This document shows positions 1-12,500 of a stretch of DNA of 64,000 nt, piece by piece (positions within the stretch are counted from its first letter, which is position 1; the number at the start of each line of letters is the position of its first letter). The notes beneath the pieces were generated by a model. The model was not told where the DNA came from, did not search any database, and saw only the letters and a program-made list of their open reading frames with translations. Location of the stretch: positions 416,001 to 480,000 of the forward strand of contig CAVZMI010000023.1 of NCBI GenBank assembly GCA_963776275.1, written 5' to 3'. The position numbers were made by a program, and so were the translations under genes. The stretch is from Ignavibacteriota bacterium (GTDB taxonomy: Bacteria; Bacteroidota; Ignavibacteria; UBA10030; CAVZMI01).

Positions 1-22
1 CTCGAATCTCACGAATTTTCAT
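1..22 (-). CDS. rpmC: 50S ribosomal protein L29, 5' end only
   Basis: ATG at 22 reads MKIREIR off the window edge; position directly after rplP. Confidence 0.75.
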
Positions 23-33
23 TATGCTACCCT

Positions 34-457
34 CTATTGTCCGTCGTATCCCTGACGAACGACAAATCTCGTTTTTATCGGAAGTTTATGCGACGCCAGC
101 CGTAATGCCTCTTCGGCTGTTTTCTTTGCAATTCCACCGAGCTCAAACATTACGCGGCCCGGTTCAACAACAGCCACCCAGAATTCCGGTGATACCCTTA
201 CCGCTTCCCATACGTGTTTCAGCCGGTTTCTTTGTGACTGGTTTATCGGGGAAAATTCGGATCCATACTTTTCCTTCGCGTTTCATCAAGCGTGTAAGAG
301 CAATACGTGAAGCTTCGATCTGCCGGCTGGTGATCCAGCCGGGTTCCATTGCCTTCAATCCGAAATCACCAAAGGCAATAGAAGCTCCTCGGGTCGCTTT
401 CCCTTTCATCCGACCGCGTTGTGCTTTTCGATACTTTACTCTTTTTGGCATTAACAT
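34..457 (-). CDS. rplP: 50S ribosomal protein L16 (frameshift near 195)
   Basis: [11 protein letters not shown]...RMGSGKG; continues in another frame [19 protein letters not shown]...LPIKTRFV to TAG at 34-36. Confidence 0.95.
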
Positions 458-548
458 ACTGCAATTACCCCTTCACCTTGATGGCCTCGCTCGACTTAGT
501 GTCTCGACTGATGCTCGACACAAGTCAAGTTATTTTTGGTACTCGACA

Positions 549-1187
549 CTAGCGGTTAGCTGATCCGAGAATCTCTCCTTTGCATATCCACACCTTCACG
601 CCGATGGATCCATAGATCGTGTTGGCTGTTACTGATGCATAATCGATATCGGCCCGCAATGTATGGAGTGGAATCCGGCCTTCTTTGTACTGTTCCGTCC
701 TGGCAATTTCAGCTCCGCCCAACCTTCCGGCGGTCATTACGCGGATTCCCTCTGCTCCCATTCGCGTTGCAGAGGTCATCGCCTGTTTCATCGCTCTGCG
801 GAATGAAATCCGTCCTTCGATTTGCGATGCAATGTTTTCTGCGACAAGATAAGCATCGAGTTCAGGACGTTTGATTTCGTTTATTAGAATTTTGACTTCT
901 TTGTTGGTAACCTTTTTCAATTCCTCTTCAAGTTGGGCAATCTCTTTTCCGCTTCGGCCGATGACGATTCCGGGCCGGGATGTATAGATGGAAATCACCG
1001 CCCGTTTCGGTGTTCGCTCGATCATGATTCGTGAGATGCCGGCTTTTTTCAGACGGCTCCGGATATAATTGCGGATGACAAGGTCTTCATAGAGCTTTGC
1101 AGCGAATCCTTTTTCATCGTACCAATTTGAGTCCCACGTCCGAACGATACCGAGCCGAAACCCGACCGGATGAGTTTTTTGTCCCAA
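549..1187 (-). CDS. rpsC: 30S ribosomal protein S3
   Basis: [37 protein letters not shown]. Confidence 0.99.
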   Translation of the reverse strand: MGQKTHPVGFRLGIVRTWDSNWYDEKGFAAKLYEDLVIRNYIRSRLKKAGISRIMIERTPKRAVISIYTSRPGIVIGRSGKEIAQLEEELKKVTNKEVKILINEIKRPELDAYLVAENIASQIEGRISFRRAMKQAMTSATRMGAEGIRVMTAGRLGGAEIARTEQYKEGRIPLHTLRADIDYASVTANTIYGSIGVKVWICKGEILGSANR

Positions 1188-1195
1188 AGTTCCTC

Positions 1196-1546
1196 CTATT
1201 TCGAAGTCCGTTGTGCGACGATAATCGTAACGTGATTTGCCCTCTTGCGTATCCGGAAAGCGCGTCCCATCGGTGCCGGGAGAATCCGCCTCATTGATGG
1301 ACCCTGGTTGACGAATATTTCTTTAACAAAGAGAGTCTCGGTGTCAATTTTTCCTGCTTCATCCTTGTTCTGAATATTCGAGATTGCCGATCGCAGCACT
1401 TTCTCTGCAACCTTAGATGCATGGTGCGGATCAAAGTGAAGTATACTCAGCGCATCGTCGACTAATTTTCCGCGGATCATGTCGATTACCAATCGCATCT
1501 TGCGTGGTGATGTCCCAATATATCGATGAACTGACCGTGCTTCCAT
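1196..1546 (-). CDS. rplV: 50S ribosomal protein L22
   Basis: [23 protein letters not shown]; S10 operon order. Confidence 0.98.
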   Translation of the reverse strand: MEARSVHRYIGTSPRKMRLVIDMIRGKLVDDALSILHFDPHHASKVAEKVLRSAISNIQNKDEAGKIDTETLFVKEIFVNQGPSMRRILPAPMGRAFRIRKRANHVTIIVAQRTSK

Positions 1547-1587
1547 GAATTGTATTCTCCGTTGTTCCCAATCAAAACTTATTCATT

Positions 1588-1872
1588 TTACGCAGATGTA
1601 GTTTCTTCGGATTTGACTCCCGGATGTGCGCGAAAAATTCGTGTCGGGGCAAATTCACCAAGTTTGTGTCCCACCATCCCCTCGTGCACATACACGGGGA
1701 TAAATTTATTACCATTATGGACTGCAAAGGTGTATCCCACAAAGTCAGGAGTAATCGTCGATGAACGTGACCATGTCTTGATCACTTTTTTCTGATTCGA
1801 CTTTATTTGTGCCTGAAGTTTTTTGAGCAATTTCGGATCGACAAACGGACCTTTTTTAAGTGAACGTGCCAT
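1588..1872 (-). CDS. rpsS: 30S ribosomal protein S19
   Basis: [31 protein letters not shown]. Confidence 0.99.
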   Translation of the reverse strand: MARSLKKGPFVDPKLLKKLQAQIKSNQKKVIKTWSRSSTITPDFVGYTFAVHNGNKFIPVYVHEGMVGHKLGEFAPTRIFRAHPGVKSEETTSA

Positions 1873-1875
1873 AGA

Positions 1876-2715
1876 TTATTGAGTCCTCTTATTGCTGCGT
1901 CGCTTGACAATATATTTATCCGACGGTTTATGCTTGCGTGTCTTCATTCCTTTTGTGTTCCAGCCCCACGGCGAGACTGGGTGCGGATTCCCTTGAGGTG
2001 ACTTTCCTTCTCCACCACCGTGTGGATGATCAACGGGATTTTGTACAACTCCACGCGATTGCGGACGGATTCCGAGCCATCGTGACCGCCCTGCTTTCCC
2101 GACGCTGATATTCTCGTGTTCTAGATTACCGACAACACCGATTGTCGCTGTACATTGAATACGCACTTTACGAACCTCACCTGAAGGGAGACGGAGCTGT
2201 GCATAGTCTCCTTCTTTGGCCATCAGTTGAGCAAACGCACCGGCGCTCCTTGCAAGTTGTCCGCCTTTTCCCTGTTTAAGCTCAATATTGTGGATAAACG
2301 TTCCAAGCGGGATATTTTTAATCGGTAATGAATTACCTGATTTAATTTCCGCATTTTCTCCGTTCTGGATGATCTCTCCTACTTTCAAGCCATCAGGAGC
2401 AAGGATATATCGCTTCTCGCCATCAGCATACTGGAGCAGAGCGATTCGGGCAGAGCGATTCGGGTCATATTCGATTGAGGTGACATGTGCATCGACACCG
2501 ATTTTATTTCGTTTGAAATCGATGATGCGATAGAACTTTTTATGTCCGCCGCCGCGATGTCGCGATGTAATCCGACCGGTATTATTCCGTCCCCCCGAGC
2601 TTTTCTTCGGTGTGACAAGAGTTTTCTCCGGCTTTGTCTTTGTAATCTCATCGAAAGTATAGACCGACATCCATCGAGTGCCCGGTGTTGTCGGATTTAA
2701 TTTTCGAATACCCAT
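1876..2715 (-). CDS. rplB: 50S ribosomal protein L2
   Basis: [25 protein letters not shown]. Confidence 0.99.
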   Translation of the reverse strand: MGIRKLNPTTPGTRWMSVYTFDEITKTKPEKTLVTPKKSSGGRNNTGRITSRHRGGGHKKFYRIIDFKRNKIGVDAHVTSIEYDPNRSARIALLQYADGEKRYILAPDGLKVGEIIQNGENAEIKSGNSLPIKNIPLGTFIHNIELKQGKGGQLARSAGAFAQLMAKEGDYAQLRLPSGEVRKVRIQCTATIGVVGNLEHENISVGKAGRSRWLGIRPQSRGVVQNPVDHPHGGGEGKSPQGNPHPVSPWGWNTKGMKTRKHKPSDKYIVKRRSNKRTQ

Positions 2716-2733
2716 ATTCGTTTATTCTCCAGG

Positions 2734-3027
2734 TTACGTATTGGCGAAGAAATCGATCTTCTCGCCTTCTTTTAGCGTCACGATTGCCTTCTTCCATGAT
2801 GCAGTCTCACCCTGAAATCGGCCGCGTTTTGTGAGCTGCGTCTTCGATTTTCCTCTGAGGTTAATCGTACGAACGCTTACCACGCTTACATTGAATTTTT
2901 TTTGTACCGCGTGTGCAATTTCAATTTTATTTGCACGCGGACTCACTTCGAATGCATACTGATTATGTGCATCTTGAAGTGCAGTCATTTTTTCCGTCAC
3001 AAGGGGCTTTACTAAAATTTCTTTCAT
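2734..3027 (-). CDS. rplW: 50S ribosomal protein L23
   Basis: PLVTEK, ANKIEI, WKKAIVTL. Confidence 0.98.
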   Translation of the reverse strand: MKEILVKPLVTEKMTALQDAHNQYAFEVSPRANKIEIAHAVQKKFNVSVVSVRTINLRGKSKTQLTKRGRFQGETASWKKAIVTLKEGEKIDFFANT

Positions 3028-3036
3028 TGGATTCTC

Positions 3037-3666
3037 TTAGCTTGTCAATGTACCTTCCAGCACCTGGATTGCGCTCTTCTGGATCAGTAATATCTGATGG
3101 TTCACGATATCGTAGGTGGACGCTTTATCGGCTTCACATACCGAGAGTTTCGGTATATTACGGCTTGATCGAACGACGCCGGTATTCGCTTTGGGAGTCA
3201 GAAGAAGAATTTTCTTCTTATTCAACCCGAGCGATTGAAGAAGCTGCGCCATCTCTTTTGTCTTGGGTGTTTCCATCGTGAAATCTTCTACAACAACAAT
3301 CGCTTGATCTTTTGCCTTATAGCTCAATGCTGATTTCCGCGCGAGCTTTTTTACTTTTGCCGGTAAGCGGAGCACATAATCGTGCGGCGTCGGTCCAAAG
3401 ATCGAACCACCCCCAATCCAGATCGGATTTCTGGTTGATCCCGAGCGGGCACGGCCTGTATGTTTCTGTTTCCACGGTTTTTTCCCTCCGCCGCGGACTT
3501 CAGATCGGTTTTTTACATCATGTGTTCCTTGCCGCTGATTCGCCATATACACCCGGATTGCCTGATAGAGCGCGTGATCGTTCGGTGTAATCTCGAATAT
3601 TTCCGGGGACAGTGTGATCATTTCACCTGATTTACTTCCGTCTTTTTTAAGTACTTCTAATTCCAT
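3037..3666 (-). CDS. rplD: 50S ribosomal protein L4
   Basis: RQGTH, RSEVRGGGKKPWKQKHTGRARSGS. Confidence 0.98.
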   Translation of the reverse strand: MELEVLKKDGSKSGEMITLSPEIFEITPNDHALYQAIRVYMANQRQGTHDVKNRSEVRGGGKKPWKQKHTGRARSGSTRNPIWIGGGSIFGPTPHDYVLRLPAKVKKLARKSALSYKAKDQAIVVVEDFTMETPKTKEMAQLLQSLGLNKKKILLLTPKANTGVVRSSRNIPKLSVCEADKASTYDIVNHQILLIQKSAIQVLEGTLTS

Positions 3667-3685
3667 GACTCTGCCCGTTTCTCAG

Positions 3686-4318
3686 TTACTTCGCTGCTTT
3701 TATTATCTCAACAAACCCGTTATTGCATCCTGGAATAGAACCTCGTACAAGCAGGAGGTTCGATTCCGGAATGATCTTGACGACACGAAGATTTTTCACC
3801 GTCACACGTTTGTCGCCCATATGTCCCGCCATCCGTAATCCCTTAAACACTCTTGATGGATAGGAGCTTGATCCGATTGATCCCGGTGCCCGTTCGCGGT
3901 CGCTCTGACCATGAGTCCGGAATCCACCGCCGAAATGATGTCGTTTCACAACTCCCTGAAATCCCCTGCCTTTTGAAACACCCACAACATCGACACGATC
4001 ACCCTGCTCGAATATAGTATCAACCGTAATTGCTTTCCCAGGCTGCAGATTGGCAACGTCGAACCCTTTAACCTCACGGATAAATCGGAGTGGCTTTACA
4101 CCCGCTTTGTCGAAGTGTCCTCGCATAGGTTTTCTTGTCCGTCGATCCGGTTTTTCCTCAAAACCAAGCTGCACAGCTTCATAGCCGTCTTTTTCTTTCG
4201 TCTTGATCTGAGTGACGAAACATGGACCCGCTTCGATGATTGTGCAGGGAATCATTTCCCCGTTCGTTTCATCGAAGACGTTGGTCATTCCGACTTTTTT
4301 GCCTAATAATCCTGCCAT
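3686..4318 (-). CDS. rplC: 50S ribosomal protein L3
   Basis: Start re-called at [12 protein letters not shown]; [20 protein letters not shown]. Confidence 0.98.
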   Translation of the reverse strand: MAGLLGKKVGMTNVFDETNGEMIPCTIIEAGPCFVTQIKTKEKDGYEAVQLGFEEKPDRRTRKPMRGHFDKAGVKPLRFIREVKGFDVANLQPGKAITVDTIFEQGDRVDVVGVSKGRGFQGVVKRHHFGGGFRTHGQSDRERAPGSIGSSSYPSRVFKGLRMAGHMGDKRVTVKNLRVVKIIPESNLLLVRGSIPGCNNGFVEIIKAAK

Positions 4319-4336
4319 GGTTCTCGTCCATTTCTC

Positions 4337-4430
4337 TACCACGGAGTGGTACTGTTTACCGTACCGCAAGGCGATCTTGCCTCACTCTGTTTGTCGGAGC
4401 GGGACAGCCGCGGGGCGGCACTGTTTCACT
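4337..4430 (-). promoter_or_regulatory. Multi-hairpin element upstream of rplC, paralogous to the one upstream of rpsJ
   Basis: Aligns with 4904-5027 with compensatory stem changes. Confidence 0.5.
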
Positions 4431-4578
4431 TTGTTCTAACATCCTAAAGAACTGCTTTGCTGTGTTACACCATAAAGAAAATACACCACTGACATCCATT
4501 GCGACCCGATTACAATCGGGACGGGGGAGTAGTCACCAACTCAATACTCGTATTACCGAAATCGTTACGACGAGCGCC

Positions 4579-4887
4579 TTACACCTTGATCTCGACATCT
4601 ACACCTGCCGGGAGCTCAAGCTTCATCAACGAATCAACGGTTTTGTTCGTTGAATTCAGAATGTCGATGAGACGCTTATGGGAGCGGGTTTCGAATTGCT
4701 CTCTCGATTTCTTGTCCACGTGCGGCGACCGCAACACGGTGTAGACAGTCTTCTTGGTGGGAAGTGGGATCTGGCCCGAGACCACTGCACCTGTGGACTT
4801 TACCGTTTTTATGATCTTCTCTGCCGATTTATCGATCAGATTATGATCATACGATTTCAGTTTGATACGAATTTTTTGACCAGCCAC
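4579..4887 (-). CDS. rpsJ: 30S ribosomal protein S10
   Basis: [25 protein letters not shown]; GTG start. Confidence 0.99.
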   Translation of the reverse strand: MAGQKIRIKLKSYDHNLIDKSAEKIIKTVKSTGAVVSGQIPLPTKKTVYTVLRSPHVDKKSREQFETRSHKRLIDILNSTNKTVDSLMKLELPAGVDVEIKV

Positions 4888-4903
4888 TGTTCTGAGCCTT
4901 CCT

Positions 4904-5027
4904 TACCGTAAAGCGGTACTGTTTCACCGCACTACGAAATGGTCTTGCCTCGCTCCCCGTCTCGCCGAGTCTCGACGAGGCGGACGTTCATCGGAGCGGA
5001 ATTACCGCCGAAGGCGGTACTATTTTT
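4904..5027 (-). promoter_or_regulatory. Multi-hairpin element upstream of rpsJ with an inserted ~30-bp palindrome
   Basis: Aligns with 4337-4430; insert at ~4956-4985 nearly identical to 20943-20972. Confidence 0.5.
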
Positions 5028-5100
5028 CCCCATCTTTTATACTACGTACATAATAACACCGTACCGGTCACAGGTGTGACACCGGGACGGATATATAATC

Positions 5101-6309
5101 TTACTCAACAATCTTCGTTACAACACCGGAAGCTACGGTACGGCCGCCTTCACGAATCGCGAAACGAAGTCCTTCTTCCATCGCGATATCCGAAATCAGT
5201 TCAATGCCCATATTATCTAGATTATCGCCCGGCATGACCATTTCTACTCCCTGCGGCAGTGTGACGACACCGGTGACGTCCGTTGTACGGAAGTAAAACT
5301 GCGGACGGTAACCATTCAGGAATGGTGTATGACGGCCGCCTTCTTCTTTTTTCAACACGTACACCTGTGCATTAAATTTCTTATGGGGTGTAATTGAGCC
5401 TGGTTTTGCAATCACCTGACCACGCTCAAGTTCGTCCTTCTCGACACCACGCAACAGCAATCCGGCGTTATCGCCTGCGACAACTTCGTCGAGCTCCTTG
5501 CGGAACATTTCCGTACCGGTGACGACGGTCTTTTTATGCTGACCGAGACCGACAATTTCAACCTCATCGCCTACTTTTACACGACCGCGTTCAACACGGC
5601 CCGTACCGACCGTTCCACGACCGGTAATTGAAAACACATCTTCAACGGGCATTAAGAATGGTTTATCAACATCACGCTGGGGAAGCGGAATATAACTATC
5701 AACTGCATCCATCAATTCCATAATGCATTTGAATGCAGGATCATTGAGTTTGCTCTCGGGCTTTATCGCGGCTTCAAGGGCTTTCAATGCCGATCCGCGG
5801 ATAATTGGAATTTCGTCGCCCGGGAACTGATAGTATGTGAGAAGATCGCGGAGTTCCATTTCGACGAGTTCAAGGAGCTCGGGATCAGCGGCGTCGACTT
5901 TATTTAAAAAGACAATGATACGCGGGACACCGACCTGACGTGCAAGGAGAATATGTTCACGAGTTTGCGGCATCGGACCGTCAGTCGCCGCAACAACCAG
6001 AATTGCACCATCCATCTGAGCAGCACCGGTGATCATGTTTTTAACATAATCGGCATGTCCCGGACAGTCGACGTGTGCATAGTGGCGTTTTTCCGTTGAA
6101 TATTCAATGTGTGCTGTAGCAATCGTGATACCGCGTTCTCGTTCTTCGGGAGCGTTATCGATTGAGTCGAAGGTACGAATCGCCGATAACCCTTTTTTTG
6201 CAAGCACCATTGTAATTGCTGCAGTAAGAGTTGTTTTTCCGTGGTCAACGTGGCCAATTGTCCCAACGTTCACGTGGGGTTTATCACGCAGGAATTTTTC
6301 TTTTGCCAT
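5101..6309 (-). CDS. tuf: Elongation factor Tu
   Basis: [28 protein letters not shown]. Confidence 0.99.
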   Translation of the reverse strand: MAKEKFLRDKPHVNVGTIGHVDHGKTTLTAAITMVLAKKGLSAIRTFDSIDNAPEERERGITIATAHIEYSTEKRHYAHVDCPGHADYVKNMITGAAQMDGAILVVAATDGPMPQTREHILLARQVGVPRIIVFLNKVDAADPELLELVEMELRDLLTYYQFPGDEIPIIRGSALKALEAAIKPESKLNDPAFKCIMELMDAVDSYIPLPQRDVDKPFLMPVEDVFSITGRGTVGTGRVERGRVKVGDEVEIVGLGQHKKTVVTGTEMFRKELDEVVAGDNAGLLLRGVEKDELERGQVIAKPGSITPHKKFNAQVYVLKKEEGGRHTPFLNGYRPQFYFRTTDVTGVVTLPQGVEMVMPGDNLDNMGIELISDIAMEEGLRFAIREGGRTVASGVVTKIVE

Positions 6310-6391
6310 TCTATATTCTCCTTTTTACTATAGATGTGAATCGTTTACATTCATCATAGGGTATTGTGATCGCCCTTAATCGTCGTCTCGA

Positions 6392-8500
6392 TTATGTCTG
6401 CACTTCAGTAGCCTCTTTACCTCTCACTTTTTCAATGATCTGATCAGAAATCGTTCGTGGAGTTTCATCATAGTGTGAGAATTGCATAGTATAAATTGCA
6501 CGTCCTTGTGTCATTGAACGCATCTGTGTTGCATATCCGAACATCTCCGACAGCGGCACCATTGCCTTAATCACCTGGGCGTCTTTACGGGCCGACATCC
6601 CTTCGATCTTACCCCGCCGGGAACTTAAATCGCCTAGTACATTGCCCATGTATTCTTCGGGCGTTACCACTTCCACCGCCATGATCGGTTCCAGAAGCAC
6701 GGCCCCTGCTTTCCTTCCCGCTTCCCGGAAAGCCATCGAACCGGCGATTTTAAATGATATCTCGTCCGAATCCACTTCATGATACGACCCGTCATAGAGC
6801 CGTACTTTCACATCCTCGACCGGATAGCCTGCCAGGATACCGTTCCGCATCTGTTCCGCGATGCCCCGTTCGACTGCCGGAATATACTCTTTCGGAATCG
6901 CACCTCCCGTGATATCGCTGACAAATTCGAAGCCCTTTCCTTTTTCGTTGGGTTCGACTTCCAGCTCTACGTGCGCATACTGTCCGCGACCACCGGACTG
7001 CTTCACATGCTTATATACCTGAGAGACTCTCTTTTTTATCGTCTCTTTATATGCAACCTGCGGTTTCCCGACATTCGCATCAACTTTGAATTCCCGCTTC
7101 ATCCGATCGACAATAATTTCAAGATGAAGCTCTCCCATTCCATTAATCAGCGTTTGGCCCGTGTCCTCATTTGATGTAACGCGGAATGTCGGATCTTCTT
7201 CGGCCAGTTTACTGAGTGCTTCCGACATTTTTTCCTGATCTGCCTTCGTCTTCGGTTCAATCGCGATCGAAATAACGGGGTCAGGGAATTCCATTTTTTC
7301 CAGGATAATCGGATCAGATTCACAACAGAGCGTATCACCCGTCCGTGTATGTTTCAGACCGACGGCTGCCAGGATATCGCCGGTATATCCTACCTCCACG
7401 TCTTCACGGTGATTTGCATGCATCCGAAGAACGCGTCCGATACGTTCTTTTTTCTCGCTGACCGGATTATAAATGTACGAACCCGCCTCGACCGTGCCGC
7501 TGTATATTCGAAAGAACGTCAGCTTTCCCACATAGGGATCTGTTGCAATCTTAAACGCAAGTGCTGAAAACTTCTCATCATCGCTCACTCTGCGTGTAAC
7601 GTGGTCGTGCACATATTGATGGTGACCCTGAACCGCACCTCCATTCACGTCAAGCGGCGACGGAAGAAAATCGACCACCCCATCCAACAGATTCTGAACT
7701 CCTTTATTCTTAAACGAAGAGCCGCATAGTACCGGAATAATCGAGACTTTTAGCGTTGCCCGACGAAGAACTTCTTTGATCTCCTTCGGTGAAATTTCTT
7801 TTCCATCAAGAAACTTTTCCAGCAGTGTATCATCTTCATTGGCTACCGCTTCAAGCATCTTGATCCGGTACTCACTGGCCCGCTTTTCGAGATCGTGTGG
7901 TATCGGAATATCTTCCCATGTCGCCCCTAACGATTCTCCTTTGAAGATTCTGGCTTTCATCGTAATGAGATCGATGATGCCGGAAAATATATCGCCTTCG
8001 CCAACCGGGAGATGAACAGGAACCGCATTTGCACCGAGCCGATTCTTCATCATAGTAATGACATTGAGAAAATCGGCTCCGACACTGTCCATTTTATTGA
8101 CAAACGCAATACGGGGGACGCCATACTTATCAGCCTGACGCCACACTGTCTCCGATTGCGGTTCAACTCCTCCGACAGAACAAAATAACGCTACCGCACC
8201 ATCAAGTACACGAAGCGAACGCTCAACCTCGACCGTAAAATCAACATGACCCGGTGTATCAATAATATTAATCCGATTGTTATCCCAGAAGCAGCTTGTC
8301 GCGGCACTGGTAATCGTAATACCACGTTCCTTCTCCTGCTCCATCCAATCCATCGTCGCTGCGCCGTCATGGACTTCCCCCATACGGTGGAGCACACCGG
8401 TATAGAAAAGAATACGCTCTGTTGTCGTTGTTTTTCCCGCATCGATATGCGCCATTATACCAATATTGCGCGTACGCTCTAACGGGTATAATCTTGTCAT
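6392..8500 (-). CDS. fusA: Elongation factor G
   Basis: [31 protein letters not shown]. Confidence 0.99.
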   Translation of the reverse strand: MTRLYPLERTRNIGIMAHIDAGKTTTTERILFYTGVLHRMGEVHDGAATMDWMEQEKERGITITSAATSCFWDNNRINIIDTPGHVDFTVEVERSLRVLDGAVALFCSVGGVEPQSETVWRQADKYGVPRIAFVNKMDSVGADFLNVITMMKNRLGANAVPVHLPVGEGDIFSGIIDLITMKARIFKGESLGATWEDIPIPHDLEKRASEYRIKMLEAVANEDDTLLEKFLDGKEISPKEIKEVLRRATLKVSIIPVLCGSSFKNKGVQNLLDGVVDFLPSPLDVNGGAVQGHHQYVHDHVTRRVSDDEKFSALAFKIATDPYVGKLTFFRIYSGTVEAGSYIYNPVSEKKERIGRVLRMHANHREDVEVGYTGDILAAVGLKHTRTGDTLCCESDPIILEKMEFPDPVISIAIEPKTKADQEKMSEALSKLAEEDPTFRVTSNEDTGQTLINGMGELHLEIIVDRMKREFKVDANVGKPQVAYKETIKKRVSQVYKHVKQSGGRGQYAHVELEVEPNEKGKGFEFVSDITGGAIPKEYIPAVERGIAEQMRNGILAGYPVEDVKVRLYDGSYHEVDSDEISFKIAGSMAFREAGRKAGAVLLEPIMAVEVVTPEEYMGNVLGDLSSRRGKIEGMSARKDAQVIKAMVPLSEMFGYATQMRSMTQGRAIYTMQFSHYDETPRTISDQIIEKVRGKEATEVQT

Positions 8501-8576
8501 AGAACTATCTACTCTCCCCTGCCCGTCGACATCCCCTCATTTATATGGATCCAAGCGGGCCGGCCTTTTCAACCGA

Positions 8577-9044
8577 TTACCACTTAAAGTGGGCAAATGC
8601 CTTATTTGCCTCGGCCATTTTATGAACATCATCACGTTTCTTAATGGCCGCCCCTTCGTTGTTTGCCGCTGCCATAAATTCTGCTGCCAGCTTCTGCGCC
8701 ATTGATTTATCTTTACGCTCTTGAGAATAATTTATTAACCAGCGGATCGCTAGCGCTTCACTGCGTGTCGGACGTACTTCGGTCGGCACCTGATATGTTG
8801 CACCACCAACACGACGGGCACGAACCTCGAGGATGGGTCGAGTATTTTGAACAGCTTTTTTAAAAACGTCGATCCCCTTCTTCTGCGTCTTCTCTTCAAT
8901 AATATCCAATGCATTATACAGCATGCGTCGGGCGAGGTGCTTTTTGCCTCTCTTCATTACATTATTGATAAACTTCGCAATAAGCACGTCGTCAAAGCGC
9001 GGATCTGGTGAAATAATACGTCGTGAAGCTTTTTTCTTTCTCAT
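8577..9044 (-). CDS. rpsG: 30S ribosomal protein S7
   Basis: RRVGGATYQVP, HKMAEANKAFAH. Confidence 0.99.
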   Translation of the reverse strand: MRKKKASRRIISPDPRFDDVLIAKFINNVMKRGKKHLARRMLYNALDIIEEKTQKKGIDVFKKAVQNTRPILEVRARRVGGATYQVPTEVRPTRSEALAIRWLINYSQERKDKSMAQKLAAEFMAAANNEGAAIKKRDDVHKMAEANKAFAHFKW

Positions 9045-9055
9045 ATTCTAAAAAT

Positions 9056-9427
9056 TTATTTGGGTCTTTTTGCTCCGTATTTAGAGCGTCCCTGCTTACG
9101 ATCCGCTACTCCTGCTGTATCAAGTGTCCCGCGTATAATATGATAACGAACACCTGGAAGGTCTTTCACACGACCTCCACGAATCATGACAATCGAGTGT
9201 TCCTGGAGATTATGTCCCTCTCCTGGAATGTACGCTGTTACTTCAATACCGTTGGTCAGACGGACACGAGCCACTTTCCGAAGTGCAGAATTTGGTTTCT
9301 TGGGTGTCGTTGTATATACTCTGGTGCATACTCCTCGTTTTTGAGGACTTCCACCAAGTGCTGGCGATTTACTTTTCCAGACAACTATTTCTCGACTATG
9401 ACGAACTAACTGGTTGATTGTTGGCAA
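9056..9427 (-). CDS. rpsL: 30S ribosomal protein S12
   Basis: [30 protein letters not shown]; TTG start. Confidence 0.99.
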   Translation of the reverse strand: MPTINQLVRHSREIVVWKSKSPALGGSPQKRGVCTRVYTTTPKKPNSALRKVARVRLTNGIEVTAYIPGEGHNLQEHSIVMIRGGRVKDLPGVRYHIIRGTLDTAGVADRKQGRSKYGAKRPK

Positions 9428-9476
9428 ACGAAAAATCTCCTGTTAAACCAGGTTAAAATTAATTGAAAATCTTACA

Positions 9477-9505
9477 AATATAGGTAAAAAAAGAATTTAT
9501 GTCAA
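9477..9505 (-). promoter_or_regulatory. sigma70-type promoter of the str operon
   Basis: Minus strand TTGACA-17 nt-TATATT about 50 bp upstream of rpsL. Confidence 0.75.
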
Positions 9506-9516
9506 GCATTTTTCAT

Positions 9517-12500
9517 CTATGATGCAACAACCCTTTTTGTTGCTTTCTTCACGGGTTGAGGCGGTTCTTCAATAATCAGGTCATCCTTTTTTGTCACAAG
9601 AATATTCTGGAATTTCTTCAATCCTGTGCCTGCAGGAATCAGATGACCCATTATGACATTCTCTTTCAAACCGAGAAGCGGGTCAATTTTACTCTCGATC
9701 GCCGCATCGGTAAGTACTTTTGTCGTTTCCTGGAATGAGGCGGCAGAAATGAAACTCACAGTCGATAACGCCGCCGAAGTGATACCGAGCAATACGGGTT
9801 CGGATGTCGCTGGTTCGGAATCGCGATACTCGATAACTTTCTTTCCTTTTTTCCGCAACTCACCGTTCATCTCACGGGCTTTTTTCCGTAGCAGGATCTG
9901 CCCGTTCTTCAACTTCGAGTCACCTTTGCTTACAACCACAACTTTGTTTTGTAACAAATCGTTCTCTTCCGTGAGCTTCAGCTTGTCGACATAATCACCT
10001 TCAAGGAACGGTGTATCGCCTGGATCGATGACACGGACCTTCTGCATCATTTGTCGGACAATCACTTCTATATGTTTGTCGTTTATCTTCACACCCTGCA
10101 TTCGATATACTTCCTGAATTTCATTCACCAGATACTCCTGTACCGCACCGACACCTTTAATGCGTAGAATATCATGAGGATCGATTGCTCCGTCCGAGAG
10201 TCGCTCGCCGGCACGGATAACATCATTATCCTGTACGAGAATGTGCTTACCGAGCGGAATCATGTAAGTCCGCTTATCTTTACCATCATGACTCGTCACG
10301 ATAATCTCTCGGGAACCTCGTTTTTGTGCACCAAAGCTCACGACACCATCGATTTCACTGACGATTGCCGGATCGCTCGGACTGCGTGCCTCGAACAATT
10401 CCGTAACGCGCGGCAAACCGCCGGTGATATCTCGGGTCTTACCGATATCGCGCGGAATCTTTACCAGCACAGTACCGGCATAAATACCTTCTCCGTCTTC
10501 GACAACGAGATGCGAACGGGTCGGCAGGATATAACTTCCGGTCTTATCCCCTTTTTTAGTCAGAATATGGAGACTCGGGACAAGTGATCGATCACGCGAA
10601 TCAATGACGACTTTTTGTACGTGTCCCGTTTGTTCATCGGGTTCTTCGCGATATGTGACATTTTCTTTCAGGTCGACATATCTGATGGTTCCGGAATGTT
10701 CTGAAAGAATCGTTGCGTTATATGGATCCCATTCGTAAATAAGGTCCCCTCTTTTTACCGGTGTCCCGTCTTTCATTAATAGTGTTGCACCGTAGGGAAC
10801 GTCGTACTTCGTCAGAATCCTGTTGTCCTTATCCAGAATGTTGATGATACCGCTGCGACCGGAAACGATAATTTTTCCATCTGCACCATCTCCCACCGGA
10901 ATGAGTTTCAAGCCTTCATATTTTATCTTTCCGTCGAATTTGGATGTTACTTGCGATTGTGTTGCAATTAAGCTTGCCGTTCCGCCGGTGTGGAATGTAC
11001 GCAGCGTGAGCTGTGTTCCCGGCTCGCCGATGGACTGTGCGGCGACGATACCGACAGCCTCACCCGGTTCAACTATGTTCCCGGTTGTGAGATTGCGGCC
11101 GTAGCACTTCGCACAGACTCCGCGTTTTGATTCGCATGTCAATACTGATCGAATCTCCACGCTTTCGATAGATGTTTCGGATATCCGCTGGGCTTTCTCT
11201 TCTGTAATTTCTTCGCCGCTTTCGACAATAGTTTCACCGCTAAGAGGATCCACAACATCATGCACTGAGACGCGGCCTACGATACGTTCAGCCAGCGGTT
11301 CTTTAATATCTTCTCCTTCTTTCAACGCACTCGTAACAACCCCACGGATGGTACCGCAATCGTCTTCAGAGATAATGGCATCCTGCGCGACATCAACGAG
11401 ACGACGAGTAAGATATCCCGCGTCGGCAGTCTTTAATGCTGTATCGGCAAGGCCTTTGCGGGCACCGTGTGTTGAAATGAAGTATTCCAGAATCGAGAGA
11501 CCTTCGCGGAAGTTTGCAATAATCGGGTTTTCAATTAATTCACCCGTTGCGCCCGACATGCTTTTCTGAGGTTTCGCCATTAGACCGCGCATACCAGCCA
11601 GCTGGCGTACCTGATCTTTTGATCCGCGGGCGCCGGAGTCAACCATCATGTAGAGCGAATTGAACCCGTCGCGTGAATGTTGAAGCGCATCAAACAAACG
11701 CTCTGCGACACGGCTCGTCGTACGGGTCCAGATATCGACGACTTTATTATACCGTTCACCATCGGTAATGAAACCCTGCAGATACTGGCTCTGTACACGG
11801 TCGACTTCACGTTGAGCTCTATTAATAAGTTCTTCCTTCTCTTTTGGAATTACAACATCACCGATACTCACAGAAAATCCGCCCCGTGTTGCATAGGTAA
11901 AGCCGAGGTCTTTCAATTCATCGAGAAATTCAGATGTTCTGAGATTACCACACTTGCGAAATGAGGCACCTATAATTTGTACTAGACGCGATTTATTCAA
12001 CAGCTCGTTAATAAATCCCAATTCACGCGGAACAATCTGATTGAAGATTACACGACCGACGGTTGTATCGTAAATTCTGCCATCGACGCGTACCTTAATC
12101 CGCGTATGGAGTCCTACCTTTCCATTATTATAGGCAATAAGAACTTCGTTGGTTGATGCGAACAATTTTCCATCACCGATATCATTAGGTTTCGATTTTG
12201 TAAGATAGTAGCATCCCAGAACCTGGTCCTGCGTTGGTGTCACAACCGGCGCACCATGCGCCGGTGAAAGAATGTTATGACTCGACAGCATAAGGATACG
12301 AGCTTCAAGTTGTGCATCGTACGAAAGCGGTACGTGAACAGCCATCTGATCTCCGTCGAAATCGGCATTAAATGCCGTACAGACCATCGGGTGAATTCGA
12401 ATTGCTTTCCCCTCCACCAAAACCGGCTGGAATGCCTGGATACCGAGTCGGTGCAATGTCGGTGCACGGTTTAACAACACTGGATGTCCATCGATAATAT

